From an uncultured Candidatus Saccharibacteria bacterium (GTDB lineage: Bacteria > Patescibacteriota > Minisyncoccia > Phycocordibacterales > UBA5272), in assembly GCA_964470485.1 (NCBI GenBank), contig CAYYCT010000003.1:1-42702 (forward strand): 42,702 nucleotides of DNA. Direction: 5' to 3'. Every line of letters starts with the position of its first letter. The first letter of the stretch is position 1. Of this stretch, positions 8,526 to 17,278 are shown one piece after another. Below the pieces are notes generated by a model, which worked only from the letters and a program-made list of their open reading frames with translations, searched no databases and had not been told where the DNA came from. The position numbers and the translations under genes were made by a program.

Positions 8526-9506
8526 TTATTCCTCCTCTCCATCTCCAAATTCTCCTGTGAAATTTTTTAAGGCCTCGACAATTGGTGAAATCTCTCCTTG
8601 CATAATTTTTGGAAGACCGTGCCATGATTGCCGAATACGGTGATCAGTAACTCTATCTTGCGGAAAATTATACGTCCTAATCTTTTCACTTCTGTCCCCT
8701 GTTCCAACTTGAGATTTTTTTTCGGAAGCGTGCTTCTTATCATCTTCTTCTTGAGCAAGCTGATCTAACTTTGCCTGAAGCATTTCAAGGGCGCGCTCAC
8801 GATTTTTTAACTGACTACGCTCAATGGTACAACGAATAGCAATCCCTGTTGGTTTATGAATGATACGTACAGCTGTTTCTACTTTGTTCACATTTTGCCC
8901 CCCAGCCCCACCTGAACGAGATGTCTCAAACTCTAAGTCTGACATAGGAATAGTGACCTTCTTAAGAGAACGGATTGGCATAACCGACACTGTCACCGTA
9001 CTTGTGTGCACACGACCATTCTTCTCAGTCTCAGGAATTCTTTGTACTCGATGCACACCAGTCTCGTAGCGAAGCGCCTCATACGCACCACGACCTTTTA
9101 CTTCAAAAGAAACATCTTTGTACCCCCCAACATCTGATACTGATTCGTCGAGCTTACTCCATCCCCAACCACGTTCCTCTGCATAATTCTGGTACATAAG
9201 CGCAAGCTCTGCTGCAAAAAGAGATGACTCATCCCCTCCTGCCCCACCTTGTATTTCTAGAATCATTGCTTTTGGGGCTTCTTCTTCTTCCTTTGCAACG
9301 TGAGCAATGTCTGTCATCTGTTTCCAAAGTGATTCAAGTTGTGGAGCAAGAGCATCAATTTCACCTTGTGCTAATTCTTTCATTTCTGTGTCACCACCTG
9401 CGTCAGCAAGCATTCCCTCTGCTTCTACTTTTCCTTGCAAAAGTCGCTCGTACTCTTGTGCGAGATATGCTGTTCGCGGATTTGTTTTAAAGGATTCGAT
9501 ATCCAT
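8526..9506 (-). CDS. prfA: peptide chain release factor 1
   Basis: GGQ motif (SGGAGGQNVNKVETAVRIIH) and an RF1-type PxT tripeptide context (HRVQRIPETEKNGRVHTS). There is no SPF motif and no frameshift. Confidence 0.85.
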   Translation of the reverse strand: MDIESFKTNPRTAYLAQEYERLLQGKVEAEGMLADAGGDTEMKELAQGEIDALAPQLESLWKQMTDIAHVAKEEEEAPKAMILEIQGGAGGDESSLFAAELALMYQNYAEERGWGWSKLDESVSDVGGYKDVSFEVKGRGAYEALRYETGVHRVQRIPETEKNGRVHTSTVTVSVMPIRSLKKVTIPMSDLEFETSRSGGAGGQNVNKVETAVRIIHKPTGIAIRCTIERSQLKNRERALEMLQAKLDQLAQEEDDKKHASEKKSQVGTGDRSEKIRTYNFPQDRVTDHRIRQSWHGLPKIMQGEISPIVEALKNFTGEFGDGEEE

Positions 9507-9531
9507 ACTGTGTGTAGTATTTTACCATAGA

Positions 9532-9567
9532 AAAAGCGCGAAAGACCTTGGGGTCTTTCGCGCTTTT
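9532..9567 (-). terminator. hairpin terminator after rpmE
   Basis: AAAAGCGCGAAAGACC-TTGG-GGTCTTTCGCGCTTTT: perfect 16-bp arms flanked by A/T runs. Confidence 0.6.
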
Positions 9568-9574
9568 CTCTACG

Positions 9575-9787
9575 TTATGCTTTCTTGGTTGCAGCGATTC
9601 TCTTTTTGAAGCGGTCAACACGTCCTGTAGTATCGAGAACTTTTTCAAGTCCTGTATAAAAAGGGTGACAGGTTGCACAAATTTCAACAGAGATTTTCTC
9701 TACAGTAGATCCAACGGTATAGGTCGCACCACAAGCGCACGTTGCAATAGCTTGTGGGTAAAATGTTGGGTGAATATCTGCTTTCAT
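9575..9787 (-). CDS. rpmE: 50S ribosomal protein L31 (Zn-ribbon type)
   Basis: [28 protein letters not shown]. Confidence 0.9.
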   Translation of the reverse strand: MKADIHPTFYPQAIATCACGATYTVGSTVEKISVEICATCHPFYTGLEKVLDTTGRVDRFKKRIAATKKA

Positions 9788-9868
9788 AATTGAGTAATAC
9801 TAACACATTTTCGTGAAGTATGCAATCATTATATTATAAAGCTTTCTTATACTTTTTACTATTGTTTA

Positions 9869-11230
9869 TTACCTCTGTAACTTATCAATATCCGCCTGAA
9901 CGGCAACGATCTTCCGCATCACAGAGTTACCATAGGACGCTCCGGGACCTGAAGCACATGAGCGTCCAGAATAATACTTACATGCAGCATTTCTTTCGCT
10001 TGACTCATTTCCCGCAACAGCCCCGAGATCTGAAAGATAGAGCGCCGTTGCAGTAATAGCATCTCGTGGGTTCCATGGATCAGCAATACTTGCTCCTGTA
10101 ATCGCCTCAATTCTATCTTCAAAAAGTTTCCATGTCGAAGGAATAAATTGTGATGGCCCCATTGCCCCTCCCCATCCGGTTGGGCTCCCTCCACTATACA
10201 TTGCTATCCAACATGAGACAGGAGTTTTTTCCATCAAACGCCCAAGACGAGAAAGAAGGGAGGTAAAAACAGGAACATCTCGTGACGGGTTCATTGTTCT
10301 ATTGCGCACTTCACCAGACTTAATAGAAACCCCCGCCCCAGTTAGTGTATCCTTGAGATAACAAGCTCCGACGTTAACTCCTAACGATGATTCTTGCATA
10401 AGAATTGCCAAAATGAGCGCAGGACGTACCCCAGTTCCTTTGGATGCAAGTACTGATAAATCATACGCCTGACCAAATGAGATACTTGCTGTATCACGAA
10501 GCTCAAAAAGTTTTGCTCGTATCTGAGCAGCTTCTTTTTCTCGCGCAGCGAGAACTTTTTTATATTCTGATTCTTGATTTTTTGTTACTGCGAGAAGATT
10601 ATTTTTCTCATTCTGATTGGACTCAACTTTTTTCTTTTCTAGCTCTTGAGCTAATTTCTTTTCCGTCTCCTCATCTTTTGCTTCAAGAAGTTCAGTTTTT
10701 ACTGTTTCTAGTTCTGATTTTGTCGCTCGTATGTCATCAAAACTTTTTCCAAGGGCACGATTAAGTGTAGAAAAAGAATCTATATCTTCAAAAAATGAGG
10801 AGAGGCTCTTAGACTGTAGTCCAAAATCTAAAAGAGAATAATCTTCCATATACATAGTCTTACGCATAATCTGTGAAAGAGAATCCTTTTCACGACCCAT
10901 TTTTGCATCAAGCGCCCCTATTGTCCTGTTCTTTTCTGTTATGTTCTGATTAAGACGACTAATTGCTTTTAGATGTGCTTGAATTTTTAATTTACTTTGA
11001 GTAATTTTCTGCGTAAGGAGACTGATGTCTTTTTTAAGTGACGCTCCTTGCTGTTGTGTTGTTACAATACTCTGACTCAGAGATTTTATCTGGGCCTCCA
11101 GATCAGATAATTCTTGTTCAAGTTCTTGTCTGGTTTGTGTCGTTTGCGCTAACACACTCTTTGTTTCTCCAAAAAAGAAAACAAAAAGAAGTAGTGAGGC
11201 GACAGTAAAAACAGCGAGTGGTTGTCTCAT
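9869..11230 (-). CDS. secreted coiled-coil protein with a C-terminal lytic transglycosylase (MltB/SLT_2-like) domain
   Basis: Signal peptide MRQPLAVFTVASLLLFVFFFGETKSVLAQ, then ~230 aa of heptad-rich Q/E/K/L sequence, then ILAILMQESSLG and GAMGPSQFIPSTW motifs. Confidence 0.7.
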   Translation of the reverse strand: MRQPLAVFTVASLLLFVFFFGETKSVLAQTTQTRQELEQELSDLEAQIKSLSQSIVTTQQQGASLKKDISLLTQKITQSKLKIQAHLKAISRLNQNITEKNRTIGALDAKMGREKDSLSQIMRKTMYMEDYSLLDFGLQSKSLSSFFEDIDSFSTLNRALGKSFDDIRATKSELETVKTELLEAKDEETEKKLAQELEKKKVESNQNEKNNLLAVTKNQESEYKKVLAAREKEAAQIRAKLFELRDTASISFGQAYDLSVLASKGTGVRPALILAILMQESSLGVNVGACYLKDTLTGAGVSIKSGEVRNRTMNPSRDVPVFTSLLSRLGRLMEKTPVSCWIAMYSGGSPTGWGGAMGPSQFIPSTWKLFEDRIEAITGASIADPWNPRDAITATALYLSDLGAVAGNESSERNAACKYYSGRSCASGPGASYGNSVMRKIVAVQADIDKLQR

Positions 11231-11287
11231 GCGTACAGTATAGCAGGTACTTATGAGAAGATGGAGAGTGTTTGGTGTAAAAATAAA

Positions 11288-11324
11288 CCATAGAAGGCGA
11301 CCGCTTCGCGGTCGCCTTCTATGG
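11288..11324. terminator. bidirectional hairpin terminator
   Basis: CCATAGAAGGCGACCGC-TTC-GCGGTCGCCTTCTATGG with T-rich runs on both strands. It lies downstream of the L25 gene. Confidence 0.65.
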
Positions 11325-11347
11325 TTTTTATATATTGATACTTACTA

Positions 11348-11977
11348 CTATGCTGCTGCCCCTTCTTCCGCTTCTTCATCTTTCTTCCCCTTCTTCTCTA
11401 CTTCGATTGCTGAGAGATCAACTGGAGTAACTTCTGCTTTTTCTTCCTGAGTTATAGCAATAGATGCCACAATATCATTTTCTGATATGTGATAAAGCTC
11501 AACCCCTTTTGGAAGTTTAATATCACTAACGTGAATAACGCTATCAGCTTTTTCAAGAGAGCTAATGTCAACAATAAATTCGTGAGGAAGCATGCTCGGA
11601 TCTCCTTCAACAGAAAGCTCGTGGAGAACTTTAACAAGAACACCTCCTTCTTTTACCGCCTTTGATTCACCAATAAATTCTATTGGAGTCTTAACGTGTA
11701 CCTTTTGCCCTTTTTCAAGTACATAAAAATCTGCGTGAATAATATTTCCCTTTACTGGATGAACCTGTACATCTTGAATCATGGCAATCTCATTACCATG
11801 CTCAGTTACAAGTGTTACTGATGATGAGCTTCCTTCAGTAGAAAGGACCTTCCCAAACTCAATTGTATTAATAAAAATAGGTGTTGATTTAGCGTGTGCA
11901 CCATAATAAACAGCTGGAATAAAACCCTCTTTTTTAGTTTCTTTTGCGGCGCGAGGCGCAGTTTTTACTTGCAACAT
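11348..11977 (-). CDS. rplY: 50S ribosomal protein L25/general stress protein Ctc
   Basis: MLQVKTAPRAAKETKKEGFIPAVYYG.., a two-domain Ctc-type length, and an acidic C-terminal tail. Start taken at Met7 of the tracked ORF. Confidence 0.8.
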   Translation of the reverse strand: MLQVKTAPRAAKETKKEGFIPAVYYGAHAKSTPIFINTIEFGKVLSTEGSSSSVTLVTEHGNEIAMIQDVQVHPVKGNIIHADFYVLEKGQKVHVKTPIEFIGESKAVKEGGVLVKVLHELSVEGDPSMLPHEFIVDISSLEKADSVIHVSDIKLPKGVELYHISENDIVASIAITQEEKAEVTPVDLSAIEVEKKGKKDEEAEEGAAA

Positions 11978-12055
11978 AGTTGTGCAATTATACACTATTT
12001 TTCTGAAGTAATCAAGAAACTCCGCTTTTACTATAGTGCCTCTCTTATACCTCTC

Positions 12056-14530
12056 TTAGAGGAGATTAAATGATGCCAGAGAGTCTCCTTCACGCAATTT
12101 CATGATTCTTACACCCTGAGTATCTCGCCCAAGTGTTGGAATAGATGTTACCTCAGTACGAATTACCTGAGAATCTTTCGAAACAGCAAGAAGCTCTTCA
12201 TTCTCAACTGTAACAATGCGTGCCACCATAAGTTTACCGGTTTTTTCAGTTACTTTTACTGTCTTGATACCTGACCCGCCACGCTTTTGAACTTTATATT
12301 CAGAGATTTTTGTTTTCTTGCCATAACCATTTGCAGTCATAATAAGGAGCTCAGCGTTCTTTGCTCCTGTTGGAACTTTATCTGCAGCAACAATCATATC
12401 TCCTTTATCTAACTTCATACCAATAACGCCAGCCGCAGTACGCCCCATCTCACGAACATCATTGTGGTTGAAACGGATAGACTGGCCATTTTGTGTAGTG
12501 AGAATAACAGAATCTTCATCACGAACAAAAAGTGCCGAAAGTAATTCATCCTTATCGTCTAATTTAATGGCAATAAGACCATTACGACGAACATCTTTGA
12601 AACTCTGTGCAGCAGATTTTTTGGTTGTCCCATGCTTGGTAATCATCATAAGTGATACTCCTTGAATCTCTTTAATATCCTTCGGCATTGGAAGAATAGA
12701 CGTTACCTTCTCTCCATCGGCAAGCTGAAGGAAATTCATAATACTTTTACCACGAGTTGCACGCTTACCTTCTGGAAGGTCATACATTTTCATCTGATAT
12801 GCTTTTCCTTTATCAGTAAAGAAAAGCAGATCTGAGTGAGATGACGTGGTGACTGACATGGTCACGAAATCTTCTTCTTTGGTATTTAGATCCACCACAC
12901 CAACACCTCCACGTTTCTGAGTACGAAATTCAGATGGGTCAGTACGCTTAACATATCCACCTGAGGTATACACAAGAACTTCTTCTTTGTCGGCAATTAA
13001 ATCCTCAGGGTTAAACTCCTTAGCTTTATGTTTCACTATCTTAGTGCGACGCTCATCGCCATATTTTTCTTTAATATCAGTAAGTTCCCCTTTAATAATA
13101 GAAAGCATCTTCTTTTCTGATTTAAGAATAGCTTGTAGTTCCGCAATAAGCGCTTGTACAGCCTTCAAATCATCTTCAATCTTCTTTCGTTCAAGTCCAG
13201 CTAGGCGCTGAAGCTTCATTTCCAAAATCGCTGTTGCTTGTATATCAGAGAATTTAAACTTCTTAACGAGCTGTACGTGGGCATCCGGCGTATCTTTTGA
13301 TTTCTTGATTGTTTGAATGATCTCATCAATGTGGTCGAGGGCTTTTTTAAGACCAATCAAAATATGTTCTTTTTCAAGTGCACGACGAAGGTCGAACTCC
13401 GTGCGACGACGAACAACTTCTTTTCGATGACCAACAAACGCTTCAAGCGATCCTTTAAGCGAAAGTGTCTGTGGAATACCATCAACAAGAGCAACCACGT
13501 TGTAATGGAATGTGCTTTCAAGTTCAGTGTGTTTGTAGAGATAGTTAAGAACCTTTTGTGGTTGTATGCCACTCTTTAAATCAATAACCACACGAATATC
13601 TTTGGTTGATTCATCACGAAGACCTTTAATACCGTCGATCTTTTTATCTCGTACAAGGTCAGCAATATTTTCAATCAAATTACTTTTAACAACTCGAAAT
13701 GGAATAGAGGTAATAATAATTTGGAATTGGCCATTTTTTGTTTCAAAAATTTCTGCCTCTCCACGAACAACAACCCCACCGCGCCCCGTTGCGTATGCCT
13801 GACGAATATCAGACTGACCGAAAGCAACACCTCCAACTGGAAAATCAGGACCCTTAACATGCTCACAAAGATCTTCATTTGTCGCTGTTGGATTATCAAT
13901 TAAGTGTACTGTTGCATCAACCACCTCGCTAAGATTGTGTGGGGGAATATTCGTAGCCATTCCAACCGCAATACCAAGTGTCCCATTAAGAAGAAGACTG
14001 GGGACTGCTGTTGGAAGAACTCTTGGTTCTTTTTTGGTTCCATCATAATTGGCGTCCATTTGTACTGTTTCTTTTTCGATATCACGAAGCATTTCCATAG
14101 AAATTTTTGACATCTTGGCTTCGGTATAACGGTATGCCGCAGCCCCATCACCATCAATAGAACCGAAGTTTCCTTGTCCCAAAATAAGAGGATATCTGTA
14201 TGAAAAATCCTGTGCGGCTTTTGTCATCGCATCGTAGACGGATGCATCCCCGTGTGGGTGATAATTACCAAGAACCTCTCCAACAATTGTTGCTGACTTA
14301 CGGAACTTTGCTCCAGGAGTAAGCCCCATATTATTCATAGCAAAAAGAATACGTCGATGTACTGGCTTAAGTCCATCACGAGCATCCGGTAGCGCTCTAG
14401 CAGTAATAACACTCATTGCGTAATCAAGGTATGCAGTACGCATTTCTTCTGCAATACTGACAGCCTGAAGGCCAGTTCGAGGAGTTATTGGTTCTGGTAT
14501 TTCTTCTTGTTTTTGGGTCTTTTTAGCCAT
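12056..14530 (-). CDS. gyrA: DNA gyrase subunit A
   Basis: [34 protein letters not shown], the catalytic region [12 protein letters not shown], and C-terminal beta-pinwheel repeats. 824 aa. Confidence 0.95.
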   Translation of the reverse strand: MAKKTQKQEEIPEPITPRTGLQAVSIAEEMRTAYLDYAMSVITARALPDARDGLKPVHRRILFAMNNMGLTPGAKFRKSATIVGEVLGNYHPHGDASVYDAMTKAAQDFSYRYPLILGQGNFGSIDGDGAAAYRYTEAKMSKISMEMLRDIEKETVQMDANYDGTKKEPRVLPTAVPSLLLNGTLGIAVGMATNIPPHNLSEVVDATVHLIDNPTATNEDLCEHVKGPDFPVGGVAFGQSDIRQAYATGRGGVVVRGEAEIFETKNGQFQIIITSIPFRVVKSNLIENIADLVRDKKIDGIKGLRDESTKDIRVVIDLKSGIQPQKVLNYLYKHTELESTFHYNVVALVDGIPQTLSLKGSLEAFVGHRKEVVRRRTEFDLRRALEKEHILIGLKKALDHIDEIIQTIKKSKDTPDAHVQLVKKFKFSDIQATAILEMKLQRLAGLERKKIEDDLKAVQALIAELQAILKSEKKMLSIIKGELTDIKEKYGDERRTKIVKHKAKEFNPEDLIADKEEVLVYTSGGYVKRTDPSEFRTQKRGGVGVVDLNTKEEDFVTMSVTTSSHSDLLFFTDKGKAYQMKMYDLPEGKRATRGKSIMNFLQLADGEKVTSILPMPKDIKEIQGVSLMMITKHGTTKKSAAQSFKDVRRNGLIAIKLDDKDELLSALFVRDEDSVILTTQNGQSIRFNHNDVREMGRTAAGVIGMKLDKGDMIVAADKVPTGAKNAELLIMTANGYGKKTKISEYKVQKRGGSGIKTVKVTEKTGKLMVARIVTVENEELLAVSKDSQVIRTEVTSIPTLGRDTQGVRIMKLREGDSLASFNLL

Positions 14531-14601
14531 AGGTCAGTCTATCTAGTGGGTATAAGTATAGCATATTTATCCCCAAAATAGAAGCAAAAACTTAATAGAA
14601 A

Positions 14602-14964
14602 TTATTCCCTCCTATACGTATCTTTGCCTGTTGGTAATGTGGTACTACTTATAGAAATATTCTTCAGTTTATCTCCTGCTTCATTAAAAAAATCTCCGAG
14701 CATTTCTTTTGGTGATCGTGTTTCCACTTCCGAGTTATCATTAACGTTATTTTCTTTTTCCATGATTTCAACCTCTCCACGAACATAGGTCTCATGCCAA
14801 AAACCATAATCAAAATAGAGAATACTCGCTGCAAGTAACAATGTAATAACTCCAGAAAAAAAAGCTGCATACACATGTCGTACATGCATCGGTTGTCTAC
14901 GAAGTATGGTTATATAGTGACGAAGATTGAGATACTTTTCGTATTGTTTAATAAATCTCTTCAT
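14602..14964 (-). CDS. hypothetical membrane protein (120 aa)
   Basis: Single TM helix (VYAAFFSGVITLLLAASILYF). No family recognised. Confidence 0.5.
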   Translation of the reverse strand: MKRFIKQYEKYLNLRHYITILRRQPMHVRHVYAAFFSGVITLLLAASILYFDYGFWHETYVRGEVEIMEKENNVNDNSEVETRSPKEMLGDFFNEAGDKLKNISISSTTLPTGKDTYRRE

Positions 14965-15027
14965 TGGAAGGTAGTATACCGCAAGCAGCTGTTAGCGCGT
15001 AGTATGTATCTACCACCAACATCTTCA

Positions 15028-15672
15028 CTACAATTCGTGGAATAGGACCACCTCACCAAGCTTCCCTTCAATATCTTTTTTCTTAATCGTCAGCTTCTCT
15101 AGTGGGTCGACTTTTTCTGCTCCAGCTTCTTTTAGAAAAACAGGAAGTGATTGCTCATCGTAATCCATCGGAATAACAAGTTTTGGCTCAAGTGATACCG
15201 CAAGCTTTTCTGCGTCATACGGACTAAGAAGAAAACGATCATTGCCAACTGGAACAAAGAGTATATCTGTCTCATCAATAATTTCTTTATGTTCTGGTTT
15301 AAGCATTTGAGAAAGCGCCCCTAGGAAAGTCACTCGTATTCCGTCAATAGTAAAAACATAGCTTGTGTTTTGATATACTTTTTCTTTCTTATTCTCAGGT
15401 AGTGTCGTTTCTGTAGTAAATCCTTTTATAAAAATATTTTGCACTTCATATTCGCCTGCTCCTCGTATAACAAAAGGAGATTTAGCTCCAAGTTCTGTTT
15501 GTTCAGCGCCATTATAATCTAGATGGTTCGTCGTAAGAAGTGTTATATCAGCTCCGTATTTTGCAACCTTTCCTTTCCCTTCTTTAGAAACAGGATTAAT
15601 AGCAACAGTAAGATCACCAACTTGTAGCTTAAAATGTTGTCGTCCGTAATATGAAATAATCATAGTGAGCAT
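15028..15672 (-). CDS. metallo-beta-lactamase-fold (UPF0173-like) hydrolase
   Basis: MIISYYGRQHFKLQVGDLTVAINP.. and ..ADITLLTTNHLDYNG.. resemble the small MBL-fold family. The start is ambiguous (15672 or 15663), and the tracked TTG at 15717 is unlikely. Confidence 0.6.
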   Translation of the reverse strand: MLTMIISYYGRQHFKLQVGDLTVAINPVSKEGKGKVAKYGADITLLTTNHLDYNGAEQTELGAKSPFVIRGAGEYEVQNIFIKGFTTETTLPENKKEKVYQNTSYVFTIDGIRVTFLGALSQMLKPEHKEIIDETDILFVPVGNDRFLLSPYDAEKLAVSLEPKLVIPMDYDEQSLPVFLKEAGAEKVDPLEKLTIKKKDIEGKLGEVVLFHEL

Positions 15673-15763
15673 TCTAACATAGATTGTATTGTTTTTGAAA
15701 AATACAAAATACATCAAAATAAATATGAATAGAGAAACTTTTTTCTCCTATAGAAACAAATCA

Positions 15764-15787
15764 GGGCGCGACCTGACGGTCGCGCCC
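15764..15787 (-). terminator. GC-clamp hairpin terminator at the left edge of the GC-rich cassette
   Basis: GGGCGCGACC-TGAC-GGTCGCGCCC, 6 nt after the stop of ORF 15794-16135, with T-rich flanks on both strands. Confidence 0.65.
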
Positions 15788-15793
15788 TTTTCC

Positions 15794-16135
15794 CTACTGA
15801 CGAACTTCTTCCTCTGTGGGAAGATACACCCCTTCTTCCAGGTTCATCATCGCCCCATGTGCTTCACACTTTCGCAAGTATTTCACATAGTACGAGACAG
15901 GGGTGTTACGTTCGCCATACTGCACCCAGATCAACTGATACAGACTTTGCAGTCCATCAACGGCACCATGCAGGAACGCATAGGCAATCAGCTGCTCTGG
16001 AGTGATCTTGTCTTCCTCCTCTATCCGAACCACCTTCAAACGAGGCTTAGTTGTATCCGGATGAGGTATTGTCTTCATGGGTTCCTTTCCCAACGAACGG
16101 TTGAAATCTTCATGCAAAACAAGGAGTTTTATCAT
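15794..16135 (-). CDS. acidic hypothetical protein (113 aa; alternative start 16078 gives 94 aa)
   Basis: About 48% GC by hand count. ATG 16135 is preceded by AGAAGAGG, and ATG 16078 by GGAAAGGAA. It is driven by TTGACA-16 nt-TATAAT. The tracked start at 16249 would read through the promoter. No family recognised. Confidence 0.65.
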   Translation of the reverse strand: MIKLLVLHEDFNRSLGKEPMKTIPHPDTTKPRLKVVRIEEEDKITPEQLIAYAFLHGAVDGLQSLYQLIWVQYGERNTPVSYYVKYLRKCEAHGAMMNLEEGVYLPTEEEVRQ

Positions 16136-16148
16136 GAAGGCCTCTTCT

Positions 16149-16214
16149 ATTATAGCAAATATAGACTTTTTGTCAATAGTATCTATTGACAAATATACTA
16201 TATTATGATATGAT
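16149..16214. promoter_or_regulatory. back-to-back divergent promoters sharing a perfect palindrome
   Basis: Minus strand: TTGACA (16171-16176 rc), 16 nt, TATAAT (16149-16154 rc). Plus strand: TTGACA (16186-16191), 17 nt, TATGAT (16209-16214). The palindrome TTTGTCAATAG-TAT-CTATTGACAAA (16169-16193) contains both -35 boxes. Confidence 0.6.
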
Positions 16215-16263
16215 ATAAAACAGTTAGTTCCCTCAACTCGCACAACCAATAAGGAGAGTCCCT

Positions 16264-16773
16264 ATGTGTGTGCTGATCGTCGAAAGCACTCCCGTTCGCT
16301 GTGCTTGGAACGGTGACGAAACCAAGAGGCCGAAGAATCGGCGCCGCAAGAAGGCAGGGAGTGTCGAGCAACTGGTCGAAGTTCGTAAGCCTTCGCTTGC
16401 AGACCTAGACCGTCAGCGCTTCTATCCGACGGCGGCGTCCCGGCACGTTTTCGTGCGGCCGGAGACCTCGCGTCTGGCTTTGGCCGCCAAGAACCAGTAC
16501 GACGAGTGTGAGGACATCCCCGTCGTCGGGTCCGCCCAGCGTGTGCGCATGCTCCCTTCCGACGAGAAGAAGGGGCGCAAGCATGTCTGCCGTCGCATCG
16601 GCATCGGGAAGCGCATGCCCGTCACCCGATTCATCATGGGTGTCAATCGCACGATCTTCGAGTGCGAAGACTACCACTACGTTGGTGGCCAGAAGCGCAG
16701 TGCCAGAATGCCGGAGTACAAGGATCGGCGTTCGAGTAAGTTCCGTGGCGCGATGAAGACCATCATCAACTGA
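16264..16773 (+). CDS. basic R/K-rich hypothetical protein (169 aa) in a ~60% GC gene
   Basis: AAGGAG lies 7 nt upstream of the ATG. I counted 307 G+C in 16261-16770 (510 nt). G/C is enriched at third codon positions in this frame. There is an internal repeat (ECEDIPVVGSAQRVRMLP / ECEDYHYVGGQKRSARMP). No family recognised. Confidence 0.7.
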   Translation: MCVLIVESTPVRCAWNGDETKRPKNRRRKKAGSVEQLVEVRKPSLADLDRQRFYPTAASRHVFVRPETSRLALAAKNQYDECEDIPVVGSAQRVRMLPSDEKKGRKHVCRRIGIGKRMPVTRFIMGVNRTIFECEDYHYVGGQKRSARMPEYKDRRSSKFRGAMKTIIN

Positions 16774-16782
16774 GGCACCAAC

Positions 16783-16805
16783 AAGGAGAATCCATGTTGA
16801 GATAA
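16783..16805 (+). other. SD-led 3-codon mini-ORF (ATG TTG AGA TAA)
   Basis: AAGGAG (16783-16788), 5 nt, ATG at 16794, TAA at 16803-16805. It begins 21 nt after the stop of the 169-aa ORF. Confidence 0.3.
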
Positions 16806-16932
16806 TCATTGCGCGGGCACTCAACCCGGCAAAGGATAGAGGAGTCGCGCCCTCGCGGTTAGAGTTCTTGGTATCCTAAAAGCCTCGCAAGCGAATCGGA
16901 TATCTCGGTCAAAAAAAGACCAATCTAACCAA

Positions 16933-16966
16933 CCGCCGAAACGACGAGAGTCGCCGGCGGTTTTTT
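16933..16966 (+). terminator. rho-independent terminator at the right edge of the GC-rich cassette
   Basis: CCGCCG-AAA-CGAC-GAGA-GTCG-C-CGGCGG followed by TTTTTT. Confidence 0.7.
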
Positions 16967-17182
16967 CATTTGTATATCGTATTGTATTTGCAACCCTACC
17001 CTGGCTTTTTCATGAGAAGCAACTCGTCACAGCGCGACCGGCGCGAGGCGGAAGAAAATTTTCAGCAGAAAATTATTCTGTTTGCTCCGATGAAAAAGTA
17101 AAAATATAAAACAATTCATTAAAAAAACGTTTGCTTTTTATATCAAAGTATTGTAGTATGAGGCCATTCTATTAAAAGAAAA

Positions 17183-17263
17183 CGTCTCGGACTTAATCCT
17201 CACAGTGCTGGTGTACATCAGTACTGTGAGACCCCGAGACGAGCACACGTCCACCATCGTGTG
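17183..17263 (+). promoter_or_regulatory. structured 5' leader of rpsA
   Basis: Long hairpin: CGTCTCGG (17183-17190) pairs with CCGAGACG (17234-17241), enclosing CTCACAGTGCTG/CAGTACTGTGAG. A second hairpin is CACACG..CGTGTG (17244-17263). A possible TTGCTT-17 nt-TAGTAT promoter lies upstream. Confidence 0.4.
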
Positions 17264-17278
17264 GACTATTATATTTTT

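Noticed and set aside
8526-9506. Possible stop-codon reassignment, as in UGA-recoding CPR lineages, because only RF1 is visible.
   Set aside because: All long housekeeping ORFs are intact under the standard code, and TGA is used as a terminator by the kinase-like gene (18433) and the 169-aa ORF (16771). RF2 is presumably outside the window.
16405-16824. 139-aa, 76-aa and 82-aa ORFs overlapping or antisense to the 169-aa GC-rich gene.
   Set aside because: Long spurious ORFs are expected in 60% GC DNA. They lack SD sites and promoters. The plus-strand frame at 16264 has the SD, the promoter, and G/C enrichment at third codon positions.
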